Part shown: in pieces, positions 25,438 through 37,026 of the stretch
Position numbering within the stretch: position 1 is the first letter of the stretch
Layout of the letters: each line of letters begins with the position of its first letter
Virus genome (UHGV): UHGV-0090440
Direction: 5' to 3' (one strand)
Length of the DNA: 64,000 nucleotides
Origin: a virus
Translations under genes and position numbers: made by a program
Notes under the pieces: generated by a model
The model's database searches: none
Told to the model about the DNA's origin: nothing
The model's input: only the letters and a program-made list of their open reading frames with translations

Positions 25438-26436
25438 TTATGCCCGTCGTGAAACGAAGAGTAATGGGGTAGTATTTTTGCTCTCCTTCGGCGATAACTC
25501 CGGCTCTTTCTTGCCTGATATCGGCAAGCCATAAGTCGCATTTGCCCCCAGTGATTCAAGCATCGCAGCCACTATGCGAGCATCATCTTCAGACTGCATA
25601 CGGCAGAGCGCCCGGCGCTGTTCTGCGCTAATAAAAACAGGCATTTCCTGGATAGCGTCACGCAAAATCCGGCGGCATTGCTTTGCATTTTCCCCCTGGC
25701 TTTCCATCATCGCTGTTTGAGTGCGCAGCTTATCTCGAAGCTGTATGTTTTCCACTTCAAGGAGCATCAATTCTGACTCAAGGGCTTCACGCTGTGCTGA
25801 CTCGAAAATAGCCTGCTGATTCTTCATTGCTGAAAAGTGGTGAACAAGATCCGTAGCCGCGTTATCGGTAAAACCTTGTTCGATAAGTGCCGCATGAATA
25901 GCCGCGTCGCGCTCTTCTGCTGATTCCAGCATCAGGCTTTTCTTGTCCAGACTGATATAGTTAGGCACAGTTACGTAATCAAAGCCGTGAAAAGACTTTA
26001 CCAGGGATACAGATGAATCTGGGCCAGATGTAGCCCATGACCAACCACCAGCACCTGAATTAATCATTCCCTGTACAATACGCCCGGTGTCTGTATCCAG
26101 TATTTCCTGCGTATGGGTAACAATGCCGTTGTCGTCAATCGAAATGTCGATAGTCCTGTTTGATGGCACGTTCTCCAATACAACAGGTTTCCCATCAACC
26201 ATCACAACAGAGACTTCCGGCAGGTTCAGGCTTTTCGTTTTGTTATAGTGCATCGCCCGGCGACCATGACCGTAATAGCCATACATCTCACCAAGTGCGA
26301 TACGCTCTTTTGTTTCTGGCGAGTTGAATGTGTCTCGCACCGACTGAATAACGTAATTTCGGTTGTTCTGCGGTGTGTGTTTGCGGATTTTCTCTACCAG
26401 GGAGAAGCGATCCGTAACAGTGTTCAGTGATTGCAT
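25438..26436 (-). CDS. virion morphogenesis protein (prohead protease or scaffold candidate)
   Basis: 332 aa directly downstream of the portal candidate; C-terminal coiled coil. Function inferred from gene order. Confidence 0.35.
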   Translation of the reverse strand: MQSLNTVTDRFSLVEKIRKHTPQNNRNYVIQSVRDTFNSPETKERIALGEMYGYYGHGRRAMHYNKTKSLNLPEVSVVMVDGKPVVLENVPSNRTIDISIDDNGIVTHTQEILDTDTGRIVQGMINSGAGGWSWATSGPDSSVSLVKSFHGFDYVTVPNYISLDKKSLMLESAEERDAAIHAALIEQGFTDNAATDLVHHFSAMKNQQAIFESAQREALESELMLLEVENIQLRDKLRTQTAMMESQGENAKQCRRILRDAIQEMPVFISAEQRRALCRMQSEDDARIVAAMLESLGANATYGLPISGKKEPELSPKESKNTTPLLFVSRRA

Positions 26437-26449
26437 TATTTCCCTCCGG

Positions 26450-28132
26450 TTAATTGCTCATCACAAATTTTGCAAAGTTTATTAACTGTTCTGGCGTCCA
26501 GTTTTCCGGATCGTCACCGGACGACAACGGCGCGGATTCGTACATACCATGCTCGTTGTTTTGCTCTGATTCATTCGCCTTAAACTCTTTGATCATGGTG
26601 TTGAGAGTGTCATCGTCGATGTGCAACTGCTCGGTGAACAGATAACGCATAAACGCGTCACTACCAGCCAGTTTCGGGTTGTTCTGGATCTGGTCCATAA
26701 TTTGGGAGATGACAGCAACAAAGTTGGCGCGTGCATCCAGTTCCCGGTTTTCCTCTTCCTGAATAGCAGTGTTCATTGAGTTGAATTGCACGTCATAAGG
26801 GCGGTTTTTTTCGGTGTAAACCTTGCCGTATTTATAAGCGAGGTGAATGTCCAGAAGCCGATAAATAGTTCGCTGGGCGGCCTGTCTGATCCAGTTCGCG
26901 CGTAAGGCGGCCTGGATAGCTGTTTGCTGCCAACCGCCTTCTCCAAGTCCACCACTCATCTGATCAGCCCAGCCAAGCATTGTTGCGTCAATACCGAGGC
27001 TTGCCGCGAGCTGTCGGAGATGAAACATAACGTCTTCGATACCACTGATATCTGCGGGTATAGATTGCGTATCAATGGTGATCCCGTTCTTCCCATCCCC
27101 CATGACGGGTATCAGATGGTTAAGCACAGTTGGAATAGCGTTGGCATTAATCGACCTTTGCGCCACCAGGTCACTATGACGCTTCAATGCCTGGCTGACG
27201 CCACGCGTATAGTTCGCCGCATTAACCGGGTCAAGTGTGTTCGTCGTAAGAGCAATCAGGCGGTCAATTTTGGCTGCATTATTTCGCGTTGATTTCAGCG
27301 CGGCGAGCGAAGCACATAAATTAAGGTAAGGTTCATAGCTGTATTCCAGGAATGAAGTTCCGTAATTCTGCGTCTCCATTAACGGCTTATCAGCTTGATC
27401 ACTTAACAGTGAGTACCCTTTTGTGCCGTAGCTAACCGGAATAACTTTATGCTGTGGCGTCCAATAGGGATTTTTCATGGAAACCAGATTCCACGGTTCG
27501 GTTATTACTCTGCGCAAACTATGCGTATCCAGGATGTAATCACCACTGAATCCAACCAGCTGGCTGCCGCGATAAAATTCCTGGACGAAATGTGGCAGAG
27601 TGTAATAACTGGACTCAATGCCTGTTATCCCCCTGCCCTGTTCAGCATAAGGTCGGACATAAGACACCCCAAAGATCGCCATGATCATGGCCCATGAAGG
27701 AAGTCCGTCATTAATCATCGCCCCCAAATCAGCGGTTAACTCTTCACATCTACTTACTGCCTCGGCATCGGAACCATCCTTTGGCGAAAGGATGAATGCC
27801 TGTCCGTTTTTTTTTGAAGGCGCAAGCGCATGTGCAATGTGAATGTTTAAAGCCGTCGAGATAGTCGGGCTTTTAGCCATCGTTTCCAGGATGTTGTACT
27901 TTTGCAGGCGCTCGCCGGGCAGTTCAGCGGATAAAGAAATTGAATCTGCCTCACTCGTCATGCCATCGCTATTGCTCCCCAGGATGCCTGGACGTAAAGC
28001 AGACAGGCCGGAACGAGCAACGACACTATGTCCGCTCGTAAAAACGACCGGATCGGCGGGCGTAACATCACCACCGTTGAAGGCTTTCTTCAATGCTGAC
28101 AGAAAGCCTTTGTTTTTGTCTTTCGTTGCCAT
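26450..28132 (-). CDS. portal protein candidate
   Basis: 560 aa; size and position (upstream of protease/scaffold candidate) fit a portal. Not confirmed by motif. Confidence 0.4.
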   Translation of the reverse strand: MATKDKNKGFLSALKKAFNGGDVTPADPVVFTSGHSVVARSGLSALRPGILGSNSDGMTSEADSISLSAELPGERLQKYNILETMAKSPTISTALNIHIAHALAPSKKNGQAFILSPKDGSDAEAVSRCEELTADLGAMINDGLPSWAMIMAIFGVSYVRPYAEQGRGITGIESSYYTLPHFVQEFYRGSQLVGFSGDYILDTHSLRRVITEPWNLVSMKNPYWTPQHKVIPVSYGTKGYSLLSDQADKPLMETQNYGTSFLEYSYEPYLNLCASLAALKSTRNNAAKIDRLIALTTNTLDPVNAANYTRGVSQALKRHSDLVAQRSINANAIPTVLNHLIPVMGDGKNGITIDTQSIPADISGIEDVMFHLRQLAASLGIDATMLGWADQMSGGLGEGGWQQTAIQAALRANWIRQAAQRTIYRLLDIHLAYKYGKVYTEKNRPYDVQFNSMNTAIQEEENRELDARANFVAVISQIMDQIQNNPKLAGSDAFMRYLFTEQLHIDDDTLNTMIKEFKANESEQNNEHGMYESAPLSSGDDPENWTPEQLINFAKFVMSN

Positions 28133-28196
28133 GAATCACCGCAAATTGTTTCCAGTTTTGCGGCAGCATAATCAGTATGTGATTTCAGCGGTTGGT

Positions 28197-29582
28197 TTAG
28201 TTTTCTGTACGGCAATTATTTGGAACTGTAGAATTTTCAAACATAGCAAAGTTCAGACCTTTCCCTTCGCCAAATTCACCCTCAATCTCATCGGAAACGG
28301 CAGACAAAATGCTACGCAGATCGACATCTCCGCCGCCGAACATATCGCCTAACGCTTGTTGCTGGTGAATAAGCTCATCGTTAATTTTTTGCGCCAGTTT
28401 CTTGAAAGCGGCCCCCATACGCTTAGCGCTTCTGTTGTTGGCAACAATAAACAGAGCAAGCGCTTCCGCTTCCGGAGTGCTATCTCCAAACAATCCACGC
28501 TGTGCGATCACCTCTTCTACTGCCTGACCGTTATCTTTTGCTTCACGAACAAGGTTAATTGCTTCCTGTAGCGCGGCAATAGCCTGTTTATCCAGACCAT
28601 TCAATTGCTCTATGCCGTCTACCAGTCCGGTTACCGTGTCATGGTGAACATCGCCTGAAAGTGACTGCATTTGCGCAAAATCGCTGGCTGCCGTATTTAA
28701 TGCGGTAAGGATGTTACGCATTTCCGGATCTGGCTCTTCCGCCACCAGCCGAACAAGCCTTTCATCCTTGTACGCTTTGGCAAAAATTGCATTCTGGATG
28801 CGGTCGATAAGTTGTTTCGTTGGACGCCCATCGGCAGTAAGCAAACCTGCCGTCGCCGTATCACCTATTTCGCGCAAAAACGCACGAATAAACGCATCAT
28901 TGGACCGCGCCAGTAGATTTCCATCATCTGAAGGATTAAATAGCGCCATGACGCTCTCAGTGAGAAATTGCGCATCCGCATACGCTTTTTCACTTGCAGC
29001 CATCTCTTGCAGATCGCTGATGTTTGAATCGCGGGCAAATTGAGCGCGGTCTACATCTGTGAGTCTTTCTCGCACCAGTACGGGCATAGACATTTGCGAA
29101 ATTTCGTCAGGATTCAGACCAAACTCTTTCGCATGGTCGATCAGGTACTGGCGATATTCATCCGCCTGCCCTTGCTCATAGGCACGCCAGATACCCATGC
29201 TCCTTCCGTTGCCGGATTCAACAACGTTGTCCGGACCAACTATCGGCGCTCCGTGGCTGCTCATGCCGGAATCCGTTAATTGTGCCGGGCGTAAATTGGA
29301 GGCAATACGGTTAACCTGGAGTTTGCTTGATAGCCGTGTACGGTCACGTGGCTGGAGTTCTTCCGGGAAGGCCGGATTAATCGTACCGTCAAGGTTGTTC
29401 GAAATGATCAGACTGCTGGCATCAACGACCTTAAAAGCCGTCTTTACCTCTGCCCCTTTACTGGTGACTACGTAACTACTGCGCCCCTGGCGTGTTTCTC
29501 GCCTCTCTAATGAAGAAACCAGCGCAATAACACTGTTAATGTCTGCTGCTTCGGATAGCGCGGAAGTAACTGACTTGTTCAA
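28197..29582 (-). CDS. hypothetical virion-associated protein
   Basis: 461-aa ORF in the same operon. Confidence 0.5.
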   Translation of the reverse strand: MNKSVTSALSEAADINSVIALVSSLERRETRQGRSSYVVTSKGAEVKTAFKVVDASSLIISNNLDGTINPAFPEELQPRDRTRLSSKLQVNRIASNLRPAQLTDSGMSSHGAPIVGPDNVVESGNGRSMGIWRAYEQGQADEYRQYLIDHAKEFGLNPDEISQMSMPVLVRERLTDVDRAQFARDSNISDLQEMAASEKAYADAQFLTESVMALFNPSDDGNLLARSNDAFIRAFLREIGDTATAGLLTADGRPTKQLIDRIQNAIFAKAYKDERLVRLVAEEPDPEMRNILTALNTAASDFAQMQSLSGDVHHDTVTGLVDGIEQLNGLDKQAIAALQEAINLVREAKDNGQAVEEVIAQRGLFGDSTPEAEALALFIVANNRSAKRMGAAFKKLAQKINDELIHQQQALGDMFGGGDVDLRSILSAVSDEIEGEFGEGKGLNFAMFENSTVPNNCRTEN

Positions 29583-29675
29583 AATACACTCCCCTTACAT
29601 AGAAAGCAGGAAGTGTAAAAAGTGTGTGATTTATGGACTTGCAGGAAAGTGAAAGGGGCATTTCAGCCCCTTTGA

Positions 29676-30044
29676 TTAGCCTGCATAACCGTTGGCTTTC
29701 ACCCAGCTTATGGTCTGCTCTTTAGCCTGTTCCAACGTAAGGAACTCGCCTACATAGTTTGAGATCCCACGTAGCGCATCAATAAATTCCATTTGTGTGG
29801 ACTTTGTGAACACACCGCCCAGGAAGTCAGTCACTATCTTAGGGACTTCATCTACAACAGGATCAGTCTGTTGTTGCGGTTCCGCTGCCGGTTGCGCGGC
29901 AGTCCCCAGGCCCAATTTCAGCATCACATCAACAATCTGCTTACCAATGGTGACGCGTTGCAATACTGGCGCAGTTTTCTGCGCCTGCATTAGATCTGAT
30001 AGCTCTTTACCTAATTTCAGGCGGTCTAAAACAGAGATGGTCAT
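29676..30044 (-). CDS. hypothetical protein
   Basis: 122-aa ORF overlapping the upstream gene stop by 1 nt. Confidence 0.45.
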   Translation of the reverse strand: MTISVLDRLKLGKELSDLMQAQKTAPVLQRVTIGKQIVDVMLKLGLGTAAQPAAEPQQQTDPVVDEVPKIVTDFLGGVFTKSTQMEFIDALRGISNYVGEFLTLEQAKEQTISWVKANGYAG

Positions 30045-31969
30045 TAAGCACCTCCCTGCTGAATTTCAGCCAGAATGTTGATCAGGTAGTCAACTGCTGC
30101 ACCCACAGTGGCTTCGTTCTCGTCGTATCGACCTGCACTGATTAGAGCATTTGCTGCTTCCTGTACATGATCAAGTTCAGTACTGATGACCGTCAGATCG
30201 CGGGATGTAAACTGCTCCGGCACGGATTTCAGGTACTCCAGCGCTTTATCTGCCTCCTGATCAGCTTCACTTGCTGATTCACCCGCTTCTTCTGGCTCCG
30301 GCTCCTGTTCTGGTGCTGGTTGTGGTTGTGATTCTGGCTCAACCACATGCTCTGTTTTTACTTCGCTTGAATAATTTTGAAGGGCGTTATACACGTCCAT
30401 AATGAAAAGGTTCTCCCCATCACCAAGTGGATACGCCACGTTTGGAAACGCTTTGCGGAAAAGAATTTTCACTTGCGCCTTGAATGTTTTCAGGTCACTG
30501 CCAAACAGGTCCACATAGCCATCAATATGTTTAGACATGCTGGACACAACCAATTGGCCTGCAAAATCTTTCAGCTCATCTTCATCAGGAAGATAGAGCA
30601 ACTCGTACTGGCTGACTTCTTTATCTGTCAGTTTACGGTCATACGTAATGATACCGTGACGAGCATATCCGTAATACTGATCAGCCTGGTCAGGACGATC
30701 AAGCACGGCTTTATTTCCATCCGGCACAGCACCAACACCAGCCGGGCGAGATTGAAGTGCATAGTGGTATTTACCTACATCTTGGCTCTCTGGTTGTGAT
30801 ACTGGGTTCGTCTCGGGGGCTGTCTGTGGTGGTTCGGAGTCTTCCTGCTGGCCTGGTAACACATCAACTTTATATTTATCTGCGTTATGCTCTCGGTAGG
30901 CTTTAAGTAATTTGGTTGCAGCATCTGCCAAACTGCCTCCTTTGACAGCACTGGCATCAATACTGAATTTACCTTCAGGTGCTACTATCGTAACGAAATT
31001 GTCACTGCCGGACGTGACATAATTAACTTCAGCGCCATTATCCAGCACTGTTTTTCCGTCAATGGCAAGATTATGTTTTACATGTCGCAGCTGGTCACTA
31101 AACGCTCGCTCCTTCGTTTTTTCACCTTTAGCAGACAACAATTTATCGCGTTTTTCTTGTAATTCCTCGTTGATGGCTTTCTGGGCATCAAGTTTTTTTT
31201 GCATCTCCGTAAGAGCAGCACGCTTTTCAGTCAGCCCACGTTGCGCAACGTCCACCTGATCAATTGTTATTGACCGTTCTTCTGCCAGTTTATCTGCTTC
31301 ATTGAGATAACTCTCAATATCTGCCTTCATTTTGTCCTGGCGCTCTTTTGCTTTCTTAAATTTTTCGCTGTTACGCTCAATCAAATTAGATAGCGCCTGG
31401 CATACCTGGCTTAAAGAAACATCTCTCCCACCAATCGGGGCGACAACGTGAGTTACGTTACGCTTATTAAGTAAAAACTGAAATGCAACAAGCTCGTCGT
31501 TACTCTTTATTTTTGCCCCGTCAGCTGTTGGAGAGTGGAAAATTATGCTTGTACTCTGCCCGTCAGTAAGCGGTATCTGCGCGGTCAAAACAGGGATATT
31601 AGCTACCCGACGTACACGACCGATAATCGCACCACCAATACAATTACGTCCATTTTCATCGGTCCCGGCTTCATCAGTCCCTGCCATAATATTCGTACCA
31701 TTCAGGCCACGATTCAGCGCACGGACGAAAGCTCGCATTGTTTGAGCTAACCGAATTCTGGTTGTAGTTATGGACTCAAACATAGCTTCGTCAGACACAA
31801 CCAGAATTTCATTGCCCATATAGGCAAGCTCAATATCTTCTAAGGTCGCCGCCTCAAAAATCAGGTCATCTTCGCTTAATTCTTCTGAAGACCAGCGACC
31901 TGGCATATAGCCGGGGATCGTATCAGCAAAAGTAGACTGAATATTAATTCGTAAAGGATTGTTAATCAT
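30044..31969 (-). CDS. large coiled-coil protein in the DarA position (internal head protein candidate)
   Basis: ORF track start 32008; ATG 31969 preferred (GGAGG 6 nt upstream, no overlap with upstream stop), giving 641 aa. P1 DarA is about this size as recalled; assignment is by context and length. Confidence 0.4.
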   Translation of the reverse strand: MINNPLRINIQSTFADTIPGYMPGRWSSEELSEDDLIFEAATLEDIELAYMGNEILVVSDEAMFESITTTRIRLAQTMRAFVRALNRGLNGTNIMAGTDEAGTDENGRNCIGGAIIGRVRRVANIPVLTAQIPLTDGQSTSIIFHSPTADGAKIKSNDELVAFQFLLNKRNVTHVVAPIGGRDVSLSQVCQALSNLIERNSEKFKKAKERQDKMKADIESYLNEADKLAEERSITIDQVDVAQRGLTEKRAALTEMQKKLDAQKAINEELQEKRDKLLSAKGEKTKERAFSDQLRHVKHNLAIDGKTVLDNGAEVNYVTSGSDNFVTIVAPEGKFSIDASAVKGGSLADAATKLLKAYREHNADKYKVDVLPGQQEDSEPPQTAPETNPVSQPESQDVGKYHYALQSRPAGVGAVPDGNKAVLDRPDQADQYYGYARHGIITYDRKLTDKEVSQYELLYLPDEDELKDFAGQLVVSSMSKHIDGYVDLFGSDLKTFKAQVKILFRKAFPNVAYPLGDGENLFIMDVYNALQNYSSEVKTEHVVEPESQPQPAPEQEPEPEEAGESASEADQEADKALEYLKSVPEQFTSRDLTVISTELDHVQEAANALISAGRYDENEATVGAAVDYLINILAEIQQGGA

Positions 31970-32582
31970 GCTCATCCTCCAGGCGCGCGATTTCTTCTTT
32001 AAGAGCACGTGTCTTAGCTACTTCCTGAGACAAGGCAGCTTTAACGTTACCCGTATCTTGCATTACTTTGTCTGACTTGCTCTGGAGTTTAGACAGTTTG
32101 TCGTTAGCATTAGCGATATCTTCACGGAGTGCATCACGTGATTCTTTCGCTTCAGCTAATCTCTGAGCGTTGGATTTAACTCCCTGCCGCTTCTTATTTT
32201 CGTCATCAATATTTTTTGCTGCACGAGCAAGTTTTCGAGCTAATGACTTCTGGAAAGAAGTTGCTCCGCGATTAAATAAAGCCGCAAGAGATTGCCCCAA
32301 AGCCGACATTGTTTTTACTGGCTTGAACGGTACTGTTTTACCATTCAGTTTGATCCCAGATATATCACCGGTATCGTTAACCTGAACTTCCATTGTCTGT
32401 TCATCAAGACCAATAAGGGTAAACGTGCGCGTCATGATCCCATCTTTCTTCCTGCCATTACTTGCAGGGACCACCCTCGCTATCTTGTAACCACCTTTGC
32501 TGATTTCTTTGACGAGTTTTGCCAGCCCCTTTTCGTTTAACTCATCATAATTAAGAAGAACATAATTATTCTTATTTGACAT
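31962..32582 (-). CDS. hypothetical protein
   Basis: ORF track start is GTG 32597; ATG 32582 with AAGGAG 6 nt upstream preferred (206 aa). Confidence 0.5.
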   Translation of the reverse strand: MSNKNNYVLLNYDELNEKGLAKLVKEISKGGYKIARVVPASNGRKKDGIMTRTFTLIGLDEQTMEVQVNDTGDISGIKLNGKTVPFKPVKTMSALGQSLAALFNRGATSFQKSLARKLARAAKNIDDENKKRQGVKSNAQRLAEAKESRDALREDIANANDKLSKLQSKSDKVMQDTGNVKAALSQEVAKTRALKEEIARLEDEHD

Positions 32583-33018
32583 CCCAGTCTCCTTCACGCT
32601 TTTCGATCGTAAACTGGCGCTCTATGCAGTCATTGATAGGGAAAATGCGATAAAGCGGATTCAGTCGGCAGTTACCGTTAGTCAATGTGACTTTCAGATC
32701 CCACTTCGTTGGCTCAAGATATTTCGTATCGATGAGCAAATACTCTTCTCTCTCACCGCGTTTTGAGGCGTCAACTGGTCGCGTTTTCCCTGAAATAACC
32801 ACAGATGGATTTTTCAGGTCTTGCAACCAATATTCGATTTGAGCATTGCTGACCCAGCTTCGCTTAACACGTAGCGAAACAGGAAATGCTATAGCGGATT
32901 CTTTCACTACAGCGTCACCAATACTCAAAATCTCAACACTCTTGCGACGAAAAATGAAACGGTCAATGATGGCAACAAATGCCATGATAAAAATGAAATA
33001 ATTCCCAAAGTTACCCAT
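32572..33018 (-). CDS. membrane-anchored protein (antiholin-position candidate)
   Basis: 148 aa with one N-terminal transmembrane helix; coupled to the upstream 108-aa membrane protein. Confidence 0.35.
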   Translation of the reverse strand: MGNFGNYFIFIMAFVAIIDRFIFRRKSVEILSIGDAVVKESAIAFPVSLRVKRSWVSNAQIEYWLQDLKNPSVVISGKTRPVDASKRGEREEYLLIDTKYLEPTKWDLKVTLTNGNCRLNPLYRIFPINDCIERQFTIEKREGDWDVK

Positions 33019-33344
33019 TATTTCTCTCCACCTTTTCCCCCATTCGCTATTACGCTTAAGAGATTCAAGACGTTACTAGCTCTGGACTTCAAGCCCTGTA
33101 AAATTTCTCTTCCGTTGTTACTGGCAATCAGAACAACGCAGAAAATGATACCTTCAGGCCATTCCTGGCTAACCGCCACCCCATACCCCGCAAGCCCGGC
33201 TGTTACCGCAGTAAACAATTCACTCGCAAGATTGAGCAGGGACGCAGAAATGCGCCCGTCTCTAACTCCGAGAAGGAATACGCCGGTTCCACTTAGTAGG
33301 GATGTTATGACTACTACAGCCAGATTTTCATAATCTGCAAACAT
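33018..33344 (-). CDS. holin candidate
   Basis: 108 aa with about three hydrophobic helices and a charged C-terminus (KGGEK); first gene of the long minus-strand operon. Confidence 0.4.
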   Translation of the reverse strand: MFADYENLAVVVITSLLSGTGVFLLGVRDGRISASLLNLASELFTAVTAGLAGYGVAVSQEWPEGIIFCVVLIASNNGREILQGLKSRASNVLNLLSVIANGGKGGEK

Positions 33345-33449
33345 ACCCCTCCAGAAATAACATCTAATGCGCCACTAACTTAGTCAGTTTGTTATTTCCT
33401 TACAGGACATCTTCTAAAATCTCCCTCCTTAACATACAAGGGGGAACAT

Positions 33450-34010
33450 ATGCTTATTGGATACATTCGCGTATCAACTAATGACCAAAACACAGCTTTA
33501 CAACGAAACGCCCTTGAAAGCGCAGGATGTGAGCTAATTTTTGAGGATAAGGCGAGCGGCAAAAAGGCTGAACGCCCTGGGTTAAAAAAGGTTCTCCGTA
33601 TGCTTTCCAGAGGTGACACCCTAGTCGTATGGAAGTTAGATCGTCTTGGGCGCAGTATGCGTCACTTGGTTGTGCTGGTGGAAGAGCTTCGTGACATAGG
33701 CATTAACTTCCGGAGTCTCACTGACTCCATCGACACCAGTACACCAATGGGGCGCTTTTTCTTTCACGTAATGGGGGCGCTGGCAGAAATGGAACGTGAA
33801 CTTATTGTTGAACGTACACGAGCTGGACTTGATGCAGCTCGCGCAGAAGGTCGAATAGGTGGGCGTCGGCCTAAATACCAGGAAGAAACATGGCAGCAAA
33901 TGCGGCGATTGCTGGAGAAGGGCATCCCCCGTAAGCAGGTTGCAATCATCTATGATGTGGCTGTTTCCACTCTTTATAAGAAGTTTCCGGCGTCATCATT
34001 TCAATCCTAA
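33450..34010 (+). CDS. cin: Cin-type serine DNA invertase
   Basis: 186 aa; MLIGYIRVSTNDQ catalytic-serine N-terminus, C-terminal HTH; near-colinear with P1 Cin as recalled; sits directly beside an invertible segment. Confidence 0.9.
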   Translation: MLIGYIRVSTNDQNTALQRNALESAGCELIFEDKASGKKAERPGLKKVLRMLSRGDTLVVWKLDRLGRSMRHLVVLVEELRDIGINFRSLTDSIDTSTPMGRFFFHVMGALAEMERELIVERTRAGLDAARAEGRIGGRRPKYQEETWQQMRRLLEKGIPRKQVAIIYDVAVSTLYKKFPASSFQS

Positions 34011-34147
34011 ACCTTGGTTTAAGAGAACTCGGTACCAGCGGTGAAAAGATCCCCCTGTTGAGCACGGCTAACACATGGAGTGCGCGCCAGACTTTCAACG
34101 GCGGGATCACCGGGGCGCTGACAGGGAACGCCGACACCGCGACGAAA
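34011..34147 (+). repeat. left 137-bp inverted repeat of the C-segment (contains cix core)
   Basis: Exact reverse complement of 40067-40203 by direct comparison; starts with AAACC-TT-GGTTT (34011-34020), a hix/gix/cix-type crossover core. Confidence 0.85.
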
Positions 34148-36463
34148 CTTGCGACGGCAAGAAACATCAACGGTGTTAAATTTGATGGTTCTGTGGACAT
34201 TTCGATACCAACAATTACGTCCAGAGGGCGTGTTACTGCGCTCACCGGTACAACACAAGGTGCTGCTACTGGATTGCAAATGTATGAGGCGTACAACAAC
34301 GGCTATCCTTCTGCTTACGGGAATGTGCTTCATCTTAAGGGCGCAACGGCAGTTGGTGAAGGTGAGTTGTTCATAGGTTGGAGCGGTACAAGTGGCGCTC
34401 ATGCACCTGTACATGTACGTTCGCGACGAGATACTGATACAGCCAGTTGGTCAGAGTGGGCGCAGGTCTACACATCGAAGGATTCCATCCCTGGTGTAAA
34501 TACCACGGGCAACCAGAACACAACCGGAAACGCGGCGTCTGCAACGAAATTACAAACGGCAAGAACTATTGGTGGTGTTTCATTTAATGGCACCGCAAAC
34601 ATCGACCTGCCGGGCGTGAATAAAACAGGCAATCAGAGCACTACCGGCAATGCAGCTACAGCCACAAAACTGCAAACAGCACGCACCATTAATGGGGTTT
34701 CATTTGACGGAACGGCTAATATTTCTCTGTCACCGGCAAATATTGGTTGCCCGGCATCTCCTACTGGTTGGCTTGAAACAGGTGATAATGGAGCATCAAT
34801 AACAACAGAGCAATTAGTGACTCTGCTACGAGATAATGGTGCTTTTAATGCAAAGGTATGGATAGCGCGTTGTGCCTGGGCGTATGCAAATAGTGCATCC
34901 ATACCAGACAGCGAAACAGGATGCGGCATTATTCCACTGGCTGGCGCAGTTATAGAGGTATTTAATAATAGCAGTAGCACGAGTTATTTTACCATTCGTA
35001 TAACAACGGCAACGACGACAAGTGTATCTGGCGCACTCACTAATGCTGAATTTATCTATGTGTCTAATGGCACAAGTTATTCACCAGGATGGCGCAGAGC
35101 GTATAACACTAAAAACAAACCTACTGCGGCTGATGTCGGAGCTTTACCACTATCTGGAGGAGCGTTAACTGGCGGATTAACTGCTGCTGGCGAGATTATT
35201 TCCAAATCGGCGAATGGTCTGCGCATTGCCTATGGCAACTATGGATTCTTTATCCGTAATGACGGCGGCAGCACATATTTCATGCTAACAGCATCAGGAG
35301 ATACGTTAGGTTCATGGAACAGTTTGCGACCGATTACAATTAATAATACCAGCGGTGTTGTGTCTATTGGTAATGGACTAAATGTTACTGGTGGCGTTAA
35401 TGGTAGTTTGAACGGTAATGCAGCGACAGCGACCAAGTTACAAACCGCTAGAACTATAAATGGGGTGTCGTTTGATGGTTCTAAAAATATTGAGCTAACG
35501 GCGGAAGATTTAAATCTTGAGCAAACTGTAGAATTAGCCGCAGGAGCATTGCAGAAAAACCAGAACGGCGCAGATATTCCGGGAAAAGATACCTTCACTA
35601 AAAATATTGGTGCATGTCGCGCTTTTCACAGTTCTATTAGTACAGGTGCAGGGAACTGGACAACGGCACAATTGATTGAATGGCTGGATTCTCAAGGGGC
35701 ATTCAATCACCCATACTGGATGTGCAAATGTTCATGGTCATACGGCAGTAATAAAATTATTACTGACACCGGATGTGGACTTATTCACCTTGCGGGTTGC
35801 GTTATTGAAGTTATGGGCTATAAAGGCGCCATGACCATTCGTATAACCACACCGAGTACCTCTAACGGTGGTGGCACTACGAATGCGCAATTTATATATA
35901 TTAACCACGGTTCAGAGTATTTACCTGGCTGGCGACGTGACTACAACACGAAAAACCAGCAGCCTGCATTTGCTTTAGGGCAGACAGGAAGCATAGTTGG
36001 AAATGACAAAGCTGTTGGATGGAACTCGATTAGCGGGGTTTATAACGCTAATATTGGTGGATCATCTACGTTGATTCTCCATTTTTATATGGGAGCTGGT
36101 AGTTGTCCGGCTGTTCAGTTCCGCGTGAATTATAAGAACGGCGGTATTTATTATCGTTCTGCGCGTGACGGTTATGGTTTTGAAGCCGACTGGTCGGAAT
36201 TTTATACTACAACACGTAAACCATCTGCGGGAGATGTTGGGGCATATACCAAAGCAGAATGTGATTCACGATTTATTACAGGTATTCGATTAGGTACAAA
36301 ATCGTCTGTGCAAACATGGAATGGTCCTGGATGGAACGATAAATCTGGTTATGTTGTTACTGCCTCAATTAACTCAAATAAGGACGAACTTATTGATACA
36401 ACTCAGGCAAGGCCGCTGCAGTATTGTATCAATGGTACATGGTATAACGCGGGAAGTATTTAA
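34058..36463 (+). CDS. alternative tail-fibre C-terminal cassette (Sv'-like), silent in this orientation
   Basis: 801-aa frame beginning with TTG inside the inverted repeat; first 30 aa identical to residues about 420-450 of the 1286-aa fibre; contains [15 protein letters not shown](N/G)GVSFDG repeats. Confidence 0.7.
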   Translation: MSTANTWSARQTFNGGITGALTGNADTATKLATARNINGVKFDGSVDISIPTITSRGRVTALTGTTQGAATGLQMYEAYNNGYPSAYGNVLHLKGATAVGEGELFIGWSGTSGAHAPVHVRSRRDTDTASWSEWAQVYTSKDSIPGVNTTGNQNTTGNAASATKLQTARTIGGVSFNGTANIDLPGVNKTGNQSTTGNAATATKLQTARTINGVSFDGTANISLSPANIGCPASPTGWLETGDNGASITTEQLVTLLRDNGAFNAKVWIARCAWAYANSASIPDSETGCGIIPLAGAVIEVFNNSSSTSYFTIRITTATTTSVSGALTNAEFIYVSNGTSYSPGWRRAYNTKNKPTAADVGALPLSGGALTGGLTAAGEIISKSANGLRIAYGNYGFFIRNDGGSTYFMLTASGDTLGSWNSLRPITINNTSGVVSIGNGLNVTGGVNGSLNGNAATATKLQTARTINGVSFDGSKNIELTAEDLNLEQTVELAAGALQKNQNGADIPGKDTFTKNIGACRAFHSSISTGAGNWTTAQLIEWLDSQGAFNHPYWMCKCSWSYGSNKIITDTGCGLIHLAGCVIEVMGYKGAMTIRITTPSTSNGGGTTNAQFIYINHGSEYLPGWRRDYNTKNQQPAFALGQTGSIVGNDKAVGWNSISGVYNANIGGSSTLILHFYMGAGSCPAVQFRVNYKNGGIYYRSARDGYGFEADWSEFYTTTRKPSAGDVGAYTKAECDSRFITGIRLGTKSSVQTWNGPGWNDKSGYVVTASINSNKDELIDTTQARPLQYCINGTWYNAGSI

Positions 36464-36465
36464 TT

Positions 36466-36999
36466 ATGCAGCATTTAAAAAACATCAGATCAGGTAATCC
36501 AAAAACTGTTAAACAATATGAATTGACGCGACAATTTGGTGTTGTCTGGTTGTATTCTGAAGACGGTAAAAACTGGTATGAGGAACAAAAGAACTTCCAG
36601 GATGACACTATAAAAATTGCTTACACATCAGATGGAGTTATTGTGGCTATAAATAAAGACGTATCTACAATAAATCCAGAAGGTTTAAGTGTGGTTGAGG
36701 TTGCTGACATTACCGCAAATCGCCGTGCTGACATTTCTGGTAAATGGATGTTCAAAGATGGCGTAGTGATAAAGCGAACTTATACCGAGGAAGAACAGAG
36801 GCAACAAGCTGAAAATGAAAAGCAAAGCCTATTGCAACTTGTCAGGGATAAAACCCAACTGTGGGACTCACAGCTACGGCTGGGCATCATTTCCGATGAG
36901 AATAAACAGAAATTAACCGCGTGGATGCTATATGCGCAGAAAGTAGAATCTACAGATACCTCCATCCTGCCAGTAACGTTTCCCGAACAACCAGAATGA
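36466..36999 (+). CDS. tail-fibre assembly chaperone (U'-like), alternative copy
   Basis: 177 aa; strongly similar to the 37027-37554 product (GNPKTV.QY.LT..F...W...[19 protein letters not shown]). Confidence 0.75.
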   Translation: MQHLKNIRSGNPKTVKQYELTRQFGVVWLYSEDGKNWYEEQKNFQDDTIKIAYTSDGVIVAINKDVSTINPEGLSVVEVADITANRRADISGKWMFKDGVVIKRTYTEEEQRQQAENEKQSLLQLVRDKTQLWDSQLRLGIISDENKQKLTAWMLYAQKVESTDTSILPVTFPEQPE

Positions 37000-37026
37000 G
37001 AAAAGGCCCGTTATCGGGCCTTATTT

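Noticed and set aside
33450-34010. Serine recombinase as a transposon resolvase marking a mobile element
   Set aside because: No transposase or terminal inverted repeats; it sits beside perfect inverted repeats with hix/cix-type cores bracketing tail-fibre cassettes, so it is an invertase.
34058-36463. 801-aa ORF as an independently expressed tail-fibre gene
   Set aside because: Its start is a TTG inside the inverted repeat and its N-terminus is identical to an internal part of the expressed fibre, so it is a promoterless cassette used only after inversion.
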